Assembly: GCA_963747645.1 (NCBI GenBank)
Contig: CAVVFW010000003.1
Coordinates: 2,764 to 66,763, forward strand
DNA length: 64,000 nt
Reading direction: 5' to 3'
Origin: an uncultured delta proteobacterium
GTDB lineage: Bacteria > Desulfobacterota > Desulfobaccia > Desulfobaccales > 0-14-0-80-60-11
Position 1 is the stretch's first letter. Each line of letters opens with the position of its first letter. This document shows positions 21,647-30,066 of the stretch, one piece after another. The notes below the pieces were generated by a model. That model was not told the DNA's origin. It ran no database searches and saw only the letters and a list, made by a program, of their open reading frames with translations. The position numbers and the translations under genes were made by a program.

Positions 21647-23035
21647 CTATTTGATCGATTCGATTTGCCTGGAGTACGTGATGCCAAAGCGCTTCATGCG
21701 ATTCCACACGGTTACCCGGCAAATCCCCAGGATCTCGGCGGCTACCGATTGGTTGCCCTTGGCCCGGGCCAGGGCATCGATGAGCTGTCGTTTGCCGATT
21801 TCCTGTTTGGTGGGGAGAGCGACATCCACATCATCGTTTGATTTTTCCTCTTTGAGAATATCGGGCGGCAGGTGATGGGGCTGAATTAAAGGCTCCTGGC
21901 AGGTCACGAAGGCATATTCGAAGGCGCTCTTGAGCTCCCGGACATTGCCGGGCCAGGGGTATCTGATGAGAACCTCCAGCGCCGGATTGCTTATTCCTTC
22001 GATGCTTTTACCACTCTTAATGCGCAATTTCCGAAAGAAGGATTCGGCCAGCAGAGGTATGTCTTCGACCCGCTCCCGGAGTGGCGGCATTTGGATCGGG
22101 ATCACGTTGATCCGAAAGTAGAGGTCTTTTCTGAAGGCCCCGGTTTTCACCAGGCTGGAGAGGTTTTTGTTCGTGGCCGAGATGATCCGCACGTCTACCG
22201 GTATGGACTTGTTGTCGCCCACCCGTTCGATGACTTTTTCTTCCAGCACCCGGAGGAGCTTCACCTGAGTGGAAAGGGGCAGATCCCCGATCTCGTCGAG
22301 AAAGATGTCGCCGCCCTGAGCCATTTCAAATCTTCCGGCCCGGCCCTTGTAAGCGCCGGTATAGGCTCCCTTGACATGTCCGAAGAGTTCGCTCTCCAGG
22401 AGAGATTCCGTCAGGGCGGCGCAGTTCACCTTGACATAGGCGCTCTTCTTCCGGTCCCCCAGTTGATGGATGGCCCGGGCCGCAAGTTCCTTGCCGGTGC
22501 CGCTTTCGCCTAGGATGATCACCGGGGCGTCCGATTGGGCGGCATTTTCGATGAGAGAAAACACCTGCTGCATGGGTGCGGAAGCGCCGATCAAGCCCTG
22601 AAAGGCGTCTTCAGATCGCAGGTGTCGGCGAATCGCGGCAATCTGTTTGTCTTTGGCCACGATCTCCGTGATATCGGTGATCGTTTCGACGGCGCCGATC
22701 ACTCTGCCTTTGCCGTCATGGAGTTGGGCGGCATTTTTGAGCACCGGCACGTAGGTCCCATCTTTCCGCATAATCGTGCAGCGGCGCATATTCATAGCCC
22801 CGGTTTTAAAGAGGAGACACCAGTGGCTGCCACACTTTTCCCGAGCCAGGTTAAAGATGCTGCAGTTCAATATCGAACATTTCTGACCGATGAGTTCCTC
22901 GTGAGTATAATCGGTTATCGTCTCCAGGGCCCGGTTCACTGACAGGATTGAGCCGCTGGTGTCCACGACCATGATGCCATCCCGGATAGTATTGACGATA
23001 GTTTTCCAATACCGATCCATTTCCTCTTCAAACAT
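21647..23035 (-). CDS. sigma-54-dependent transcriptional activator with an N-terminal Cys-rich PAS domain
   Basis: PAS domain (IMVVDTSGSILSVNRALETI), Cys motif C-x4-C-x10-C-x4-C, Walker A GESGTGKE, GAYTGA, and HTH AAEILGICRVTVWNRMKRFGI. Confidence 0.92.
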   Translation of the reverse strand: MFEEEMDRYWKTIVNTIRDGIMVVDTSGSILSVNRALETITDYTHEELIGQKCSILNCSIFNLAREKCGSHWCLLFKTGAMNMRRCTIMRKDGTYVPVLKNAAQLHDGKGRVIGAVETITDITEIVAKDKQIAAIRRHLRSEDAFQGLIGASAPMQQVFSLIENAAQSDAPVIILGESGTGKELAARAIHQLGDRKKSAYVKVNCAALTESLLESELFGHVKGAYTGAYKGRAGRFEMAQGGDIFLDEIGDLPLSTQVKLLRVLEEKVIERVGDNKSIPVDVRIISATNKNLSSLVKTGAFRKDLYFRINVIPIQMPPLRERVEDIPLLAESFFRKLRIKSGKSIEGISNPALEVLIRYPWPGNVRELKSAFEYAFVTCQEPLIQPHHLPPDILKEEKSNDDVDVALPTKQEIGKRQLIDALARAKGNQSVAAEILGICRVTVWNRMKRFGITYSRQIESIK

Positions 23036-23220
23036 ATCTCCCCTGCCTTCCTTTCAAAATCTTAGCACTTTGAACCCAATATCACAAGCCTGCCGTTTAA
23101 TTTTGCAACAGTTGTTTAAAAACGCTTCTTAGCATATTAAACACCAGATTTCACAAACATTTCCAGGATAAAACTGTAATTTATATAAATATCAGGTAGA
23201 TACACGGTATTTGCCTCGGT

Positions 23221-23235
23221 TGGCACCAAACTTGC
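23221..23235 (+). promoter_or_regulatory. sigma-54 (-24/-12) promoter
   Basis: TGGCAC-caaac-TTGC, an exact match to TGGCAC-N5-TTGC. It is divergent from the activator gene and upstream of the TusA-like/metF/hdrA cluster. Confidence 0.85.
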
Positions 23236-23268
23236 GGGTTAAGCGGGGTGGGGAAAGGGAGGAAGGCG

Positions 23269-23508
23269 TTGAAGCCCAAAGCCGATTATGTCCTCGATTT
23301 CAGCCAAACCATCACACCCTTTGCTCTGCTCAAAATGACGCAGGTGATGCGGGAGATGAATAGGGATGAGGTTTTGGAGATCATCACGCGAGATGCGGTT
23401 GCCCGGACGGATGTCTTTAAGTTGATACCCACGGCGTCCTGCGAAGTGATTGATATGGAGTTTAACAAGGACGCTGATTTCTTTCGCATTCGGGTGAAGC
23501 GAATCTGA
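23269..23508 (+). CDS. TusA/SirA-fold protein lacking the CPxP cysteine
   Basis: LDFSQTITPFALLK aligns with LDxxGxxCPxPxxxxK, but Thr replaces Cys. TTG 23269 follows GGGAGG. The listed start at 23248 would leave no leader after the promoter. Confidence 0.55.
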   Translation: MKPKADYVLDFSQTITPFALLKMTQVMREMNRDEVLEIITRDAVARTDVFKLIPTASCEVIDMEFNKDADFFRIRVKRI

Positions 23509-23545
23509 AGCCTGGGTAGGCGATGACCAAAGGAAGAGGGAGCCT

Positions 23546-24418
23546 ATGAGTTTTCAAAAACGATTGTTGTCCGGCGAATTCGTGGTCCTGGCAGAGATGA
23601 ATACCCCCAAAGGGGTCGACACCTCGCAGCTGGTGTCCCAGGCGCGCCGGCTCAAGGGGCGGGTTGACGCGGTCACCGTGCCGGATATGGACAACGGCAT
23701 CATGCGGATGAGCGCTTTAGCCGGGGGCGTGCTGCTGAATCAGCAGGGGATTGAGCCGATCATCCATGTCTACTGCCGGGACCGGAACCGGATGGCCCTG
23801 CAGGGAGATGTATTGGCGGCTTATGGCCTGGGCATCCAAAATCTGATGGTGGTGGGCAGCGAAGACCTCGCCTATTGCGATCATCAGGATATGAAGACCG
23901 TCAACGACCTCGATGAGCTGGGCCTGATCGGCGCCATCCGTTCCCTGGAGCGGGGGGTGGATTTGGCCGGCCTGGAACTCAACGGCGCGCCGAGTTTCAT
24001 TGTGGGCTGCACTATGCAGCAATGGGCGGATGAGCCGGCCCTGGACCGCGAGCTTGAGGCCGCCAGCAAGAAGGTGGAAGCAGGGGCGGGGTTTGTGGTT
24101 ACCCCTGCGGTCTATGACCTGGACCTTTTCAGATCGTTCAGGGAACGGGCCCAGGGCTTGGGAGTGCCGGTGATCGCCACCGTATTCTTGCTGAAATCCG
24201 TGGGCTCAGCCCGATACATCGCCAACACCGAACCGGCTTCGGGCCTGTCGGAGGATTTGATCCGGCGGATTCGCAAGGCTTCCGACCGGGAAAATGAATG
24301 CCTTCGGGTGGCCGGGGAGACTGCCGCGGCTTTAAAGGAACTGGCGCAGGGAGTGCGGTTTGTCACCCTGGGTTGGGAGCACCGCCTCCCCGCCATTTTA
24401 GACTATGCGGGCCTTTGA
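23546..24418 (+). CDS. methylenetetrahydrofolate reductase family paralog (MetF-like 1)
   Basis: TIM-barrel MTHFR pattern (VPDMDNG, IIHVYCRDRNR, GIQNLMVVGSED, GAGFVVTPAVYD). Divergent from the second copy. Confidence 0.7.
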   Translation: MSFQKRLLSGEFVVLAEMNTPKGVDTSQLVSQARRLKGRVDAVTVPDMDNGIMRMSALAGGVLLNQQGIEPIIHVYCRDRNRMALQGDVLAAYGLGIQNLMVVGSEDLAYCDHQDMKTVNDLDELGLIGAIRSLERGVDLAGLELNGAPSFIVGCTMQQWADEPALDRELEAASKKVEAGAGFVVTPAVYDLDLFRSFRERAQGLGVPVIATVFLLKSVGSARYIANTEPASGLSEDLIRRIRKASDRENECLRVAGETAAALKELAQGVRFVTLGWEHRLPAILDYAGL

Positions 24419-24482
24419 TACCGGATACGCCCTCAGGCTTCCGGAGCTGCATTGAAATCTTAAAGAGAAGATTAGGATAGCC

Positions 24483-27400
24483 ATGCCAGAGAAAAAGAAA
24501 TTCCAATCCAGCAATAAGGTGCTTGTGGTCGGTGGGGGCATGGGCGGCATCAGGGCCGCCCTGGACCTGGCGGAAACGGGCCGGGATGTCGTGCTGATCG
24601 ACAAAGACTTTGCCATCGGCGGTCTCATGACCCAGCTCGACCGGACCTTTCCCACCAATAATTGCGATCTCTGCACCCTGTCACCCCATCTCTCGGAAAG
24701 CGGCCGCAAACTGCACATCCAGCTCATGACGATGACCCAGTTGAGCGACCTTTCCGGAGAGGCAGGCCGTTTCACCGCGACCCTCACAACGAAGCCCCGC
24801 TATATTAATTTGCTGAAATGCACGGGGTGCGGTGAGTGCGCCCGCAAATTCCCCGATTCGGTGCGCTTCACGCCAGGCCTCGACCATCGGGCGCCCACCT
24901 GTATGCGCTATCCCCAGGGGACCCCGTATGCCTATTCAATCATTAAGGATGAACGCACCGACTTTGAGGCCCTGGCCAAATGCTGCCCGGCTAATGCGAT
25001 CCTGCCCGATGATCCCAAAAAAGAGCAGGAAATCGAGATCGGGTCCATCATCCTGGCGCCCGGGGCGGACGTGTTCAATCCGCAGATCCTGGACACCTAC
25101 GGCTACGGCGTCAATCCGAACGTGGTCACCAGCCTGGAATATGAGCGGATTCTCTCGGCGTCCGGGCCGACCAAGGGAGAGCTCGTGCGGCCCTCGGACG
25201 GCAATCGGCCCAAAAAGATCGCCTGGATTCAGTGCGTCGGGTCCCGGGGGATTCAAGTAGGCTCGGTCTCTTACTGCTCCAGCGCCTGCTGCATGTTTGC
25301 TCTGAAGGAAGCGATTGTCACCCGGGAGCGCTTCTATGACGATATGGAAACGACCCTGTTCTACATGGACATGCGCACTTCGGGCAAAGATTACGAGCTC
25401 TACCTCCAGCGGGCCATCAACGATTACGGCATTCGCCTGGTGCGGGCCCGCCCCCATACCGTCGAACCGATCATCGCAGCCGGGACCCCGACGGGAGACC
25501 TCCAAATCAGATACCCCTCGGAGGCTGAAAACTCCTTTCTGACGGAAGTCTTCGACATGGTGGTCCTGGCGACCGGTTTCCGGGTGTCGCCGGAAGTCAA
25601 GGATTTGTCCGACAAGATCGGCATCGACCTCAATGAGCACAATTTCGCCCGGACGGGAAGCTTCGATCCGGTGGCCACCTCCAAGCCTGGCATCTATGTC
25701 TGCGGCATGTTCCAAGGCCCCAAGGACATCCCCGAAACCATGGTCCAGGCCAGTGCCGCGGCTGCCAGTGCCGCCCGGGACCTGACGCCATTGCGAGTGG
25801 TGGCGGAAGCCAAAGAAGTGCTGTTGCCGGAGCGCAGCGTTGCCGGCGAAGAGCCGAGGATCGGGGTCTTTGTGTGCGACTGCGGTCTCAATATCGGCGG
25901 GGTGGTTAATGTGGAGGAAGTTGCCGCGAGTATGGCCGACCTGCCGCAGGTGGTCGTGTCCGAGACCATCGGCCACGGCTGCAGCAGCGCTTCCTTGGAG
26001 CATATCCGAAGCAGCATTCTGGCGAAAAATCTTAACCGGGTGGTCGTGGGGGCCTGCTCGCCCAGGACGCATGAAAATCTTTTTCAGGAAACCGTGCGCA
26101 AGGCGGGCTTGAACAAGTACCTGGTGGAAATCGCCAACCTGAGGGACCAGGATACCTGGGTCCATCCGAACCTCCCCGGCGCTGCCGCCGAAAAGGCCAA
26201 CGAACTCGTGCGCATGGCGGTGTCGGCGGTGCGTCTCGCCCGGCCGCTGGCCGACCTGACCCTGCCGATGAACAAAGATGTCCTGGTGGTGGGGGGCGGT
26301 ATTGCCGGGATGACGGCGGCGCTGAGGCTCGCGGATATGGGCTATAAAGTCCACCTGGTGGAACGCTCCAAGGAACTCGGCGGGGTGGCGAAGAAGATTC
26401 GCAGGACCCTCGAGGGCGAAGACGTGCAGGCCCACGTCGCCGATCTCGTCAAGAGAACGGAAGGGCACGAGCGTATCCAGGTGTGGAAGCAATCCATGGT
26501 GGTGGACCACTCGGGCATGGCCGGCATGTTCAGGACCGGCATCCAGGTGGGGCCCCAGATGTTCTACCGGGAACTCCGCCACGGCATCACGATCCTGGCG
26601 ACCGGGGCGCTCCCCAACCGTCCCCAGGAGTATCTCTTGGGACGGCATCAGGCCGTGACCACGCAGCTCGATCTCGGGGTCCTGCTGGCCGACAACCCCG
26701 AGGCTGCGAAGGCCTGGCAGAACGTGGCCATGATTCAATGCGTCGGGTCACGCGTTCCCGAAAATCCCAACTGCTCCCGGGTGTGCTGCCAGGGGGCCGT
26801 TAAAAACGCCCTGCATATCCTTGAACTGAATCCCGAAGCCAAGATTTTCGTGCTTTATCGCGACATGCGCACACCGGGCTTTGAGGAAGATTATTACCGC
26901 AAAGCGAGGGAACAGGGGGTCATTTTTGTCACCTATAAACTTGAGGACAAGCCGGTGGTCGCCGCCGATGGGACGGGGGTAAGCGTTAGTTTTACCGACC
27001 CGATTTTAGGACGTGAAGTAAAAATTCCGGCAGACTGTCTGGCTCTCAGCACCGGCTTGGTGGCCGATGAGGAGTCGTCGGAAGATCTGGGCATGATCTT
27101 CCGCCTGCCCAGGACCCCGGATGGGTATTTTCTCGAGGACCACGTCAAACTCAGGCCCATCGATCTGCCGATCCCGGGGTTCTTTGTGGCCGGGACCGCG
27201 CATGCGCCCAAGACCATCCGGGAGACCATCGCCCAGGCGCAGGCCGCGGCGGGACGGGCCCAGACTTTCCTGGCCCGGGACAGCATCAACCTGGGGGCGC
27301 TGGTGGCTCAGGTAGAAGGGGAGCTGTGCGCCGCCTGCCTCATCTGCGTGCGGGCCTGCCCCTTCGGGGTGCCGTTCATCAATGAGGAAGGGCACTCGGA

Positions 27401-27533
27401 GATCGACCCGGCCAAGTGCCACGGCTGCGGCGTCTGTGCCTCGGAATGTCCCGCCAAGGCGATTCAGCTCATGCAGTATGAGGACGATCATATCATGGCG
27501 AAGTTAGACGGACTTTTAGAAGGGATAATGTAA
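24483..27533 (+). CDS. hdrA: HdrA-like flavoprotein with two tandem HdrA modules and a C-terminal 2x[4Fe-4S] ferredoxin domain
   Basis: VLVVGGGMGG and VLVVGGGIAG dinucleotide folds. QCVGSR..C..CC occurs twice. C-terminal CAACLICVRACP and CHGCGVCASECP. Confidence 0.88.
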   Translation: MPEKKKFQSSNKVLVVGGGMGGIRAALDLAETGRDVVLIDKDFAIGGLMTQLDRTFPTNNCDLCTLSPHLSESGRKLHIQLMTMTQLSDLSGEAGRFTATLTTKPRYINLLKCTGCGECARKFPDSVRFTPGLDHRAPTCMRYPQGTPYAYSIIKDERTDFEALAKCCPANAILPDDPKKEQEIEIGSIILAPGADVFNPQILDTYGYGVNPNVVTSLEYERILSASGPTKGELVRPSDGNRPKKIAWIQCVGSRGIQVGSVSYCSSACCMFALKEAIVTRERFYDDMETTLFYMDMRTSGKDYELYLQRAINDYGIRLVRARPHTVEPIIAAGTPTGDLQIRYPSEAENSFLTEVFDMVVLATGFRVSPEVKDLSDKIGIDLNEHNFARTGSFDPVATSKPGIYVCGMFQGPKDIPETMVQASAAAASAARDLTPLRVVAEAKEVLLPERSVAGEEPRIGVFVCDCGLNIGGVVNVEEVAASMADLPQVVVSETIGHGCSSASLEHIRSSILAKNLNRVVVGACSPRTHENLFQETVRKAGLNKYLVEIANLRDQDTWVHPNLPGAAAEKANELVRMAVSAVRLARPLADLTLPMNKDVLVVGGGIAGMTAALRLADMGYKVHLVERSKELGGVAKKIRRTLEGEDVQAHVADLVKRTEGHERIQVWKQSMVVDHSGMAGMFRTGIQVGPQMFYRELRHGITILATGALPNRPQEYLLGRHQAVTTQLDLGVLLADNPEAAKAWQNVAMIQCVGSRVPENPNCSRVCCQGAVKNALHILELNPEAKIFVLYRDMRTPGFEEDYYRKAREQGVIFVTYKLEDKPVVAADGTGVSVSFTDPILGREVKIPADCLALSTGLVADEESSEDLGMIFRLPRTPDGYFLEDHVKLRPIDLPIPGFFVAGTAHAPKTIRETIAQAQAAAGRAQTFLARDSINLGALVAQVEGELCAACLICVRACPFGVPFINEEGHSEIDPAKCHGCGVCASECPAKAIQLMQYEDDHIMAKLDGLLEGIM

Positions 27534-27973
27534 TGGAGAATTTCGAACCGGTAATTGTCGCTTTCTGCTGTCACTACTGCGCTTACACGGCTGCGGACAT
27601 GGCCGGCAGCATGAGGCTGCGCTATCCTCCCAACGTGAAAATCATCCGGGTGCCCTGCTTGGGGAAGGTAGATGCGATTCACATCATGAAATCCCTGGAG
27701 AAGGGCGCGGACGGGGTATACGTGGCCGGCTGTCTGGAGGGGGATTGCCATTTCAAGAGTGGCAACATCAGGGCAGCCCATCGGGTGGATTACCTCAAGA
27801 AGCTCCTCGATGAGATCGGCATCGGCGCCGAGCGCGTCGAGATGTTCGCCATGTCCGCGGGTATGGGCGAGCGCTTTGCGCAAACCGCCACCGATTTCAC
27901 CGAGAAGATTCGGAAACTTGGACCCAATCCCGCCAAGGTGGCGCGGCATGAAGATCAGCGGGCTGCAGGTTGA
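27533..27973 (+). CDS. mvhD: MvhD-like (methyl-viologen-reducing hydrogenase delta subunit family) [2Fe-2S] protein
   Basis: Contains IVAFCCHYCAY, VPCLGKVD and AGCLEGDCHF. The ATG overlaps the hdrA stop codon. Confidence 0.88.
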   Translation: MENFEPVIVAFCCHYCAYTAADMAGSMRLRYPPNVKIIRVPCLGKVDAIHIMKSLEKGADGVYVAGCLEGDCHFKSGNIRAAHRVDYLKKLLDEIGIGAERVEMFAMSAGMGERFAQTATDFTEKIRKLGPNPAKVARHEDQRAAG

Positions 27974-28001
27974 ATCGATAAGAACAGGAGACTGAGCAAA
28001 G

Positions 28002-28670
28002 ATGATTACTGCTGAACGAAAACCTATGGAAGAGCTTATCCAATGCGTTAAGCCGTATCGCAGCATCCTGCTGGCCGGCTGTAATGAGTGCGTTACGGTG
28101 TGCGCCGCGGGAGGCCGGAAGGAGGTCGGGGTCCTGGCCTCGGCGCTCAAGATGCATTTTATGAAAGCAGGCAAACCTCTCGAAATCAGAGAAATCACCC
28201 TCGAGAGGCAATGTGATCCCGAGTATATAGAGGAGTTGGCGCCGCTCATCGACCAGGTGGACGCGGTGCTCTCCATGGCCTGCGGCTGCGGCGTGCAGGA
28301 AGTTGCCCGACGCTTCCATGATAAGCCGGTCTTCCCGGTGGTGAACACCAAGTTTATGGGAGCCTCCGAGCATCAGGGGGTCTGGGCTGAGCGCTGCCAG
28401 GGCTGCGGCGACTGCGTCCTGGGGTCCACCGGCGGCGTCTGCCCGGTGGCCCGGTGCTCGAAGCAACTGTTTAACGGTCCGTGCGGCGGCTCCACCAACG
28501 GCAAGTGCGAGGTTGACCCGAATATGGACTGCGCCTGGCAGCTCATTTGGGACCGCCTCAAAGCCCTGGGAATGACGGAAAGGTACGAAGAGAACCTGCC
28601 GGCCAAAGATTGGCGTCCGGCTGGGGGCGCGGGGCCGCGGAAAATCATCAGAGAGGATATGGCGCTATGA
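28002..28670 (+). CDS. metV: MetV-type Cys-rich subunit of acetogen-type methylene-THF reductase
   Basis: Many Cys (GCNECVTVCAAG, CGCGVQE, CQGCGDCVLGSTGGVCPVARC, CGGSTNGKCE). Overlaps the metF start (ATGA). Confidence 0.75.
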   Translation: MITAERKPMEELIQCVKPYRSILLAGCNECVTVCAAGGRKEVGVLASALKMHFMKAGKPLEIREITLERQCDPEYIEELAPLIDQVDAVLSMACGCGVQEVARRFHDKPVFPVVNTKFMGASEHQGVWAERCQGCGDCVLGSTGGVCPVARCSKQLFNGPCGGSTNGKCEVDPNMDCAWQLIWDRLKALGMTERYEENLPAKDWRPAGGAGPRKIIREDMAL

Positions 28671-29629
28671 AAACGGCAAGCACTCTGGAAAAAATACTGG
28701 CATCAGGCGATCTGGCAGTCACCTCCGAGTGCGGGCCGCCCCGGGGCACTTCAGCCCAGAAGGTCCGGGAAAAGGCCGAAATGCTTAGGGGTTTTGTGGA
28801 CGGGGTCAATGTCACCGACAACCAGACCGCCATGGTCAGAATGTCCAGCCTGGCCGCCTGTATCATCATCAAGCAGATGGGGCTCAACCCCATCCTCCAA
28901 ATGGTGACCCGGGACCGCAACCGGTTGGCGATGCAGAGCGATATCCTGGGGGCCTATGCCCATGGCATCGATACCATGCTCTGCCTGTCCGGCGACCATC
29001 CCCACTTCGGCGACCACCCCATGGCCGCCTCGGTGCACGACATCGACTCGATCCAGATGATCCAGATGGTAAAGGAGATGCGGGATGAAGGGCTGTTCCA
29101 GGGCGGGGATAAGATCGACGAGCCTCCGCAAATGTTTATCGGCGCCGCGGCCAATCCTTTCGCCGACCCTTTTGAACTGCGGGTTGCCCGCCTGGCGAAG
29201 AAGGTGAAGGCCGGGGTCGATTTCATCCAGACCCAGTGCATCTACAACCTCGATAAATTTGAAAAGTGGATGGCAGGGGTCCGGGATCGGGGCCTGCATG
29301 AGCAAGTCTACATCATGGCCGGCATCACCCCTATGAAGTCGGTGGGTATGGCGCGCTACATGAAAAATAAGGTGCCGGGGATGGATGTGCCGGATGAGGT
29401 GGTGAAACGCATGGGGGGGGTGCCCAAGGACAAGCAGGCTGACGAGGGCATCAAAATCTGCCTGGAGACCATCGAGCGTCTTAAAGGAGTGGAAGGTGTC
29501 CGGGGATTTCACATCATGGCGATTGAGTGGGAGCAGAAGGTCGGCGAGATCATGGAACGGGCGGGACTTCTGCCTAGACCTAACAGTGTAAATTCGGCGG
29601 TTCAAAACGTGCGAGGAGGCAACTCATGA
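28667..29629 (+). CDS. metF: methylenetetrahydrofolate reductase (acetogen/MetFV type)
   Basis: Contains VNVTDNQ, ILQMVTRDRNR, DTMLCLSGDHP, GVDFIQTQCIYN and GFHIMAI. Start taken at ATG 28667. Confidence 0.85.
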   Translation: MKTASTLEKILASGDLAVTSECGPPRGTSAQKVREKAEMLRGFVDGVNVTDNQTAMVRMSSLAACIIIKQMGLNPILQMVTRDRNRLAMQSDILGAYAHGIDTMLCLSGDHPHFGDHPMAASVHDIDSIQMIQMVKEMRDEGLFQGGDKIDEPPQMFIGAAANPFADPFELRVARLAKKVKAGVDFIQTQCIYNLDKFEKWMAGVRDRGLHEQVYIMAGITPMKSVGMARYMKNKVPGMDVPDEVVKRMGGVPKDKQADEGIKICLETIERLKGVEGVRGFHIMAIEWEQKVGEIMERAGLLPRPNSVNSAVQNVRGGNS

Positions 29630-30015
29630 GCGACAAAGATCTGATTTTGGTAGTGGACGATGATCCGGATCTGGTGGATATGGTAGCCACAAAGCTTGAG
29701 GCCAATAACTACAGGACCGCCAAGGCTTACGATGGCGTCCAGGCCTGGGAGAAGATCAGGCTGGAGAAGCCCACCATGGTGATCATGGACGTCATGATGC
29801 CCAACAAGGACGGCTATGTGACCTGCGAAGAGATCAAGAAGGACCCTGATTATAAAGATATTCCAGTGGTTCTGCTCACCGCAGTCGTGGATAACCTGCC
29901 GACAACCAGCTATACCCACCACGAAGGCAGAACCACTCCGGCGGACGATTTCATTCCCAAGCCCGTAGACCTGGATAAGCTCATGGATATCGTCCAGGAA
30001 AATCTCGCGCGCTGA
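29626..30015 (+). CDS. single-domain response regulator (REC only)
   Basis: Contains ILVVDDDPD, DVMMPNKDG and FIPKP. The ATG overlaps the metF stop codon. Confidence 0.85.
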   Translation: MSDKDLILVVDDDPDLVDMVATKLEANNYRTAKAYDGVQAWEKIRLEKPTMVIMDVMMPNKDGYVTCEEIKKDPDYKDIPVVLLTAVVDNLPTTSYTHHEGRTTPADDFIPKPVDLDKLMDIVQENLAR

Positions 30016-30018
30016 CGA

Positions 30019-30066
30019 GGTTCAAAGTTCAAAGTTCAAGGTTCTTTGAGCTTTGAACTTTGAACC
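30019..30066. repeat. 48-nt hairpin built from GTTCAAA heptamers
   Basis: GGTTCAAAGTTCAAAG (30019..30034) is the exact reverse complement of CTTTGAACTTTGAACC (30051..30066). A related heptamer string occurs at 2253..2270. Confidence 0.85.
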
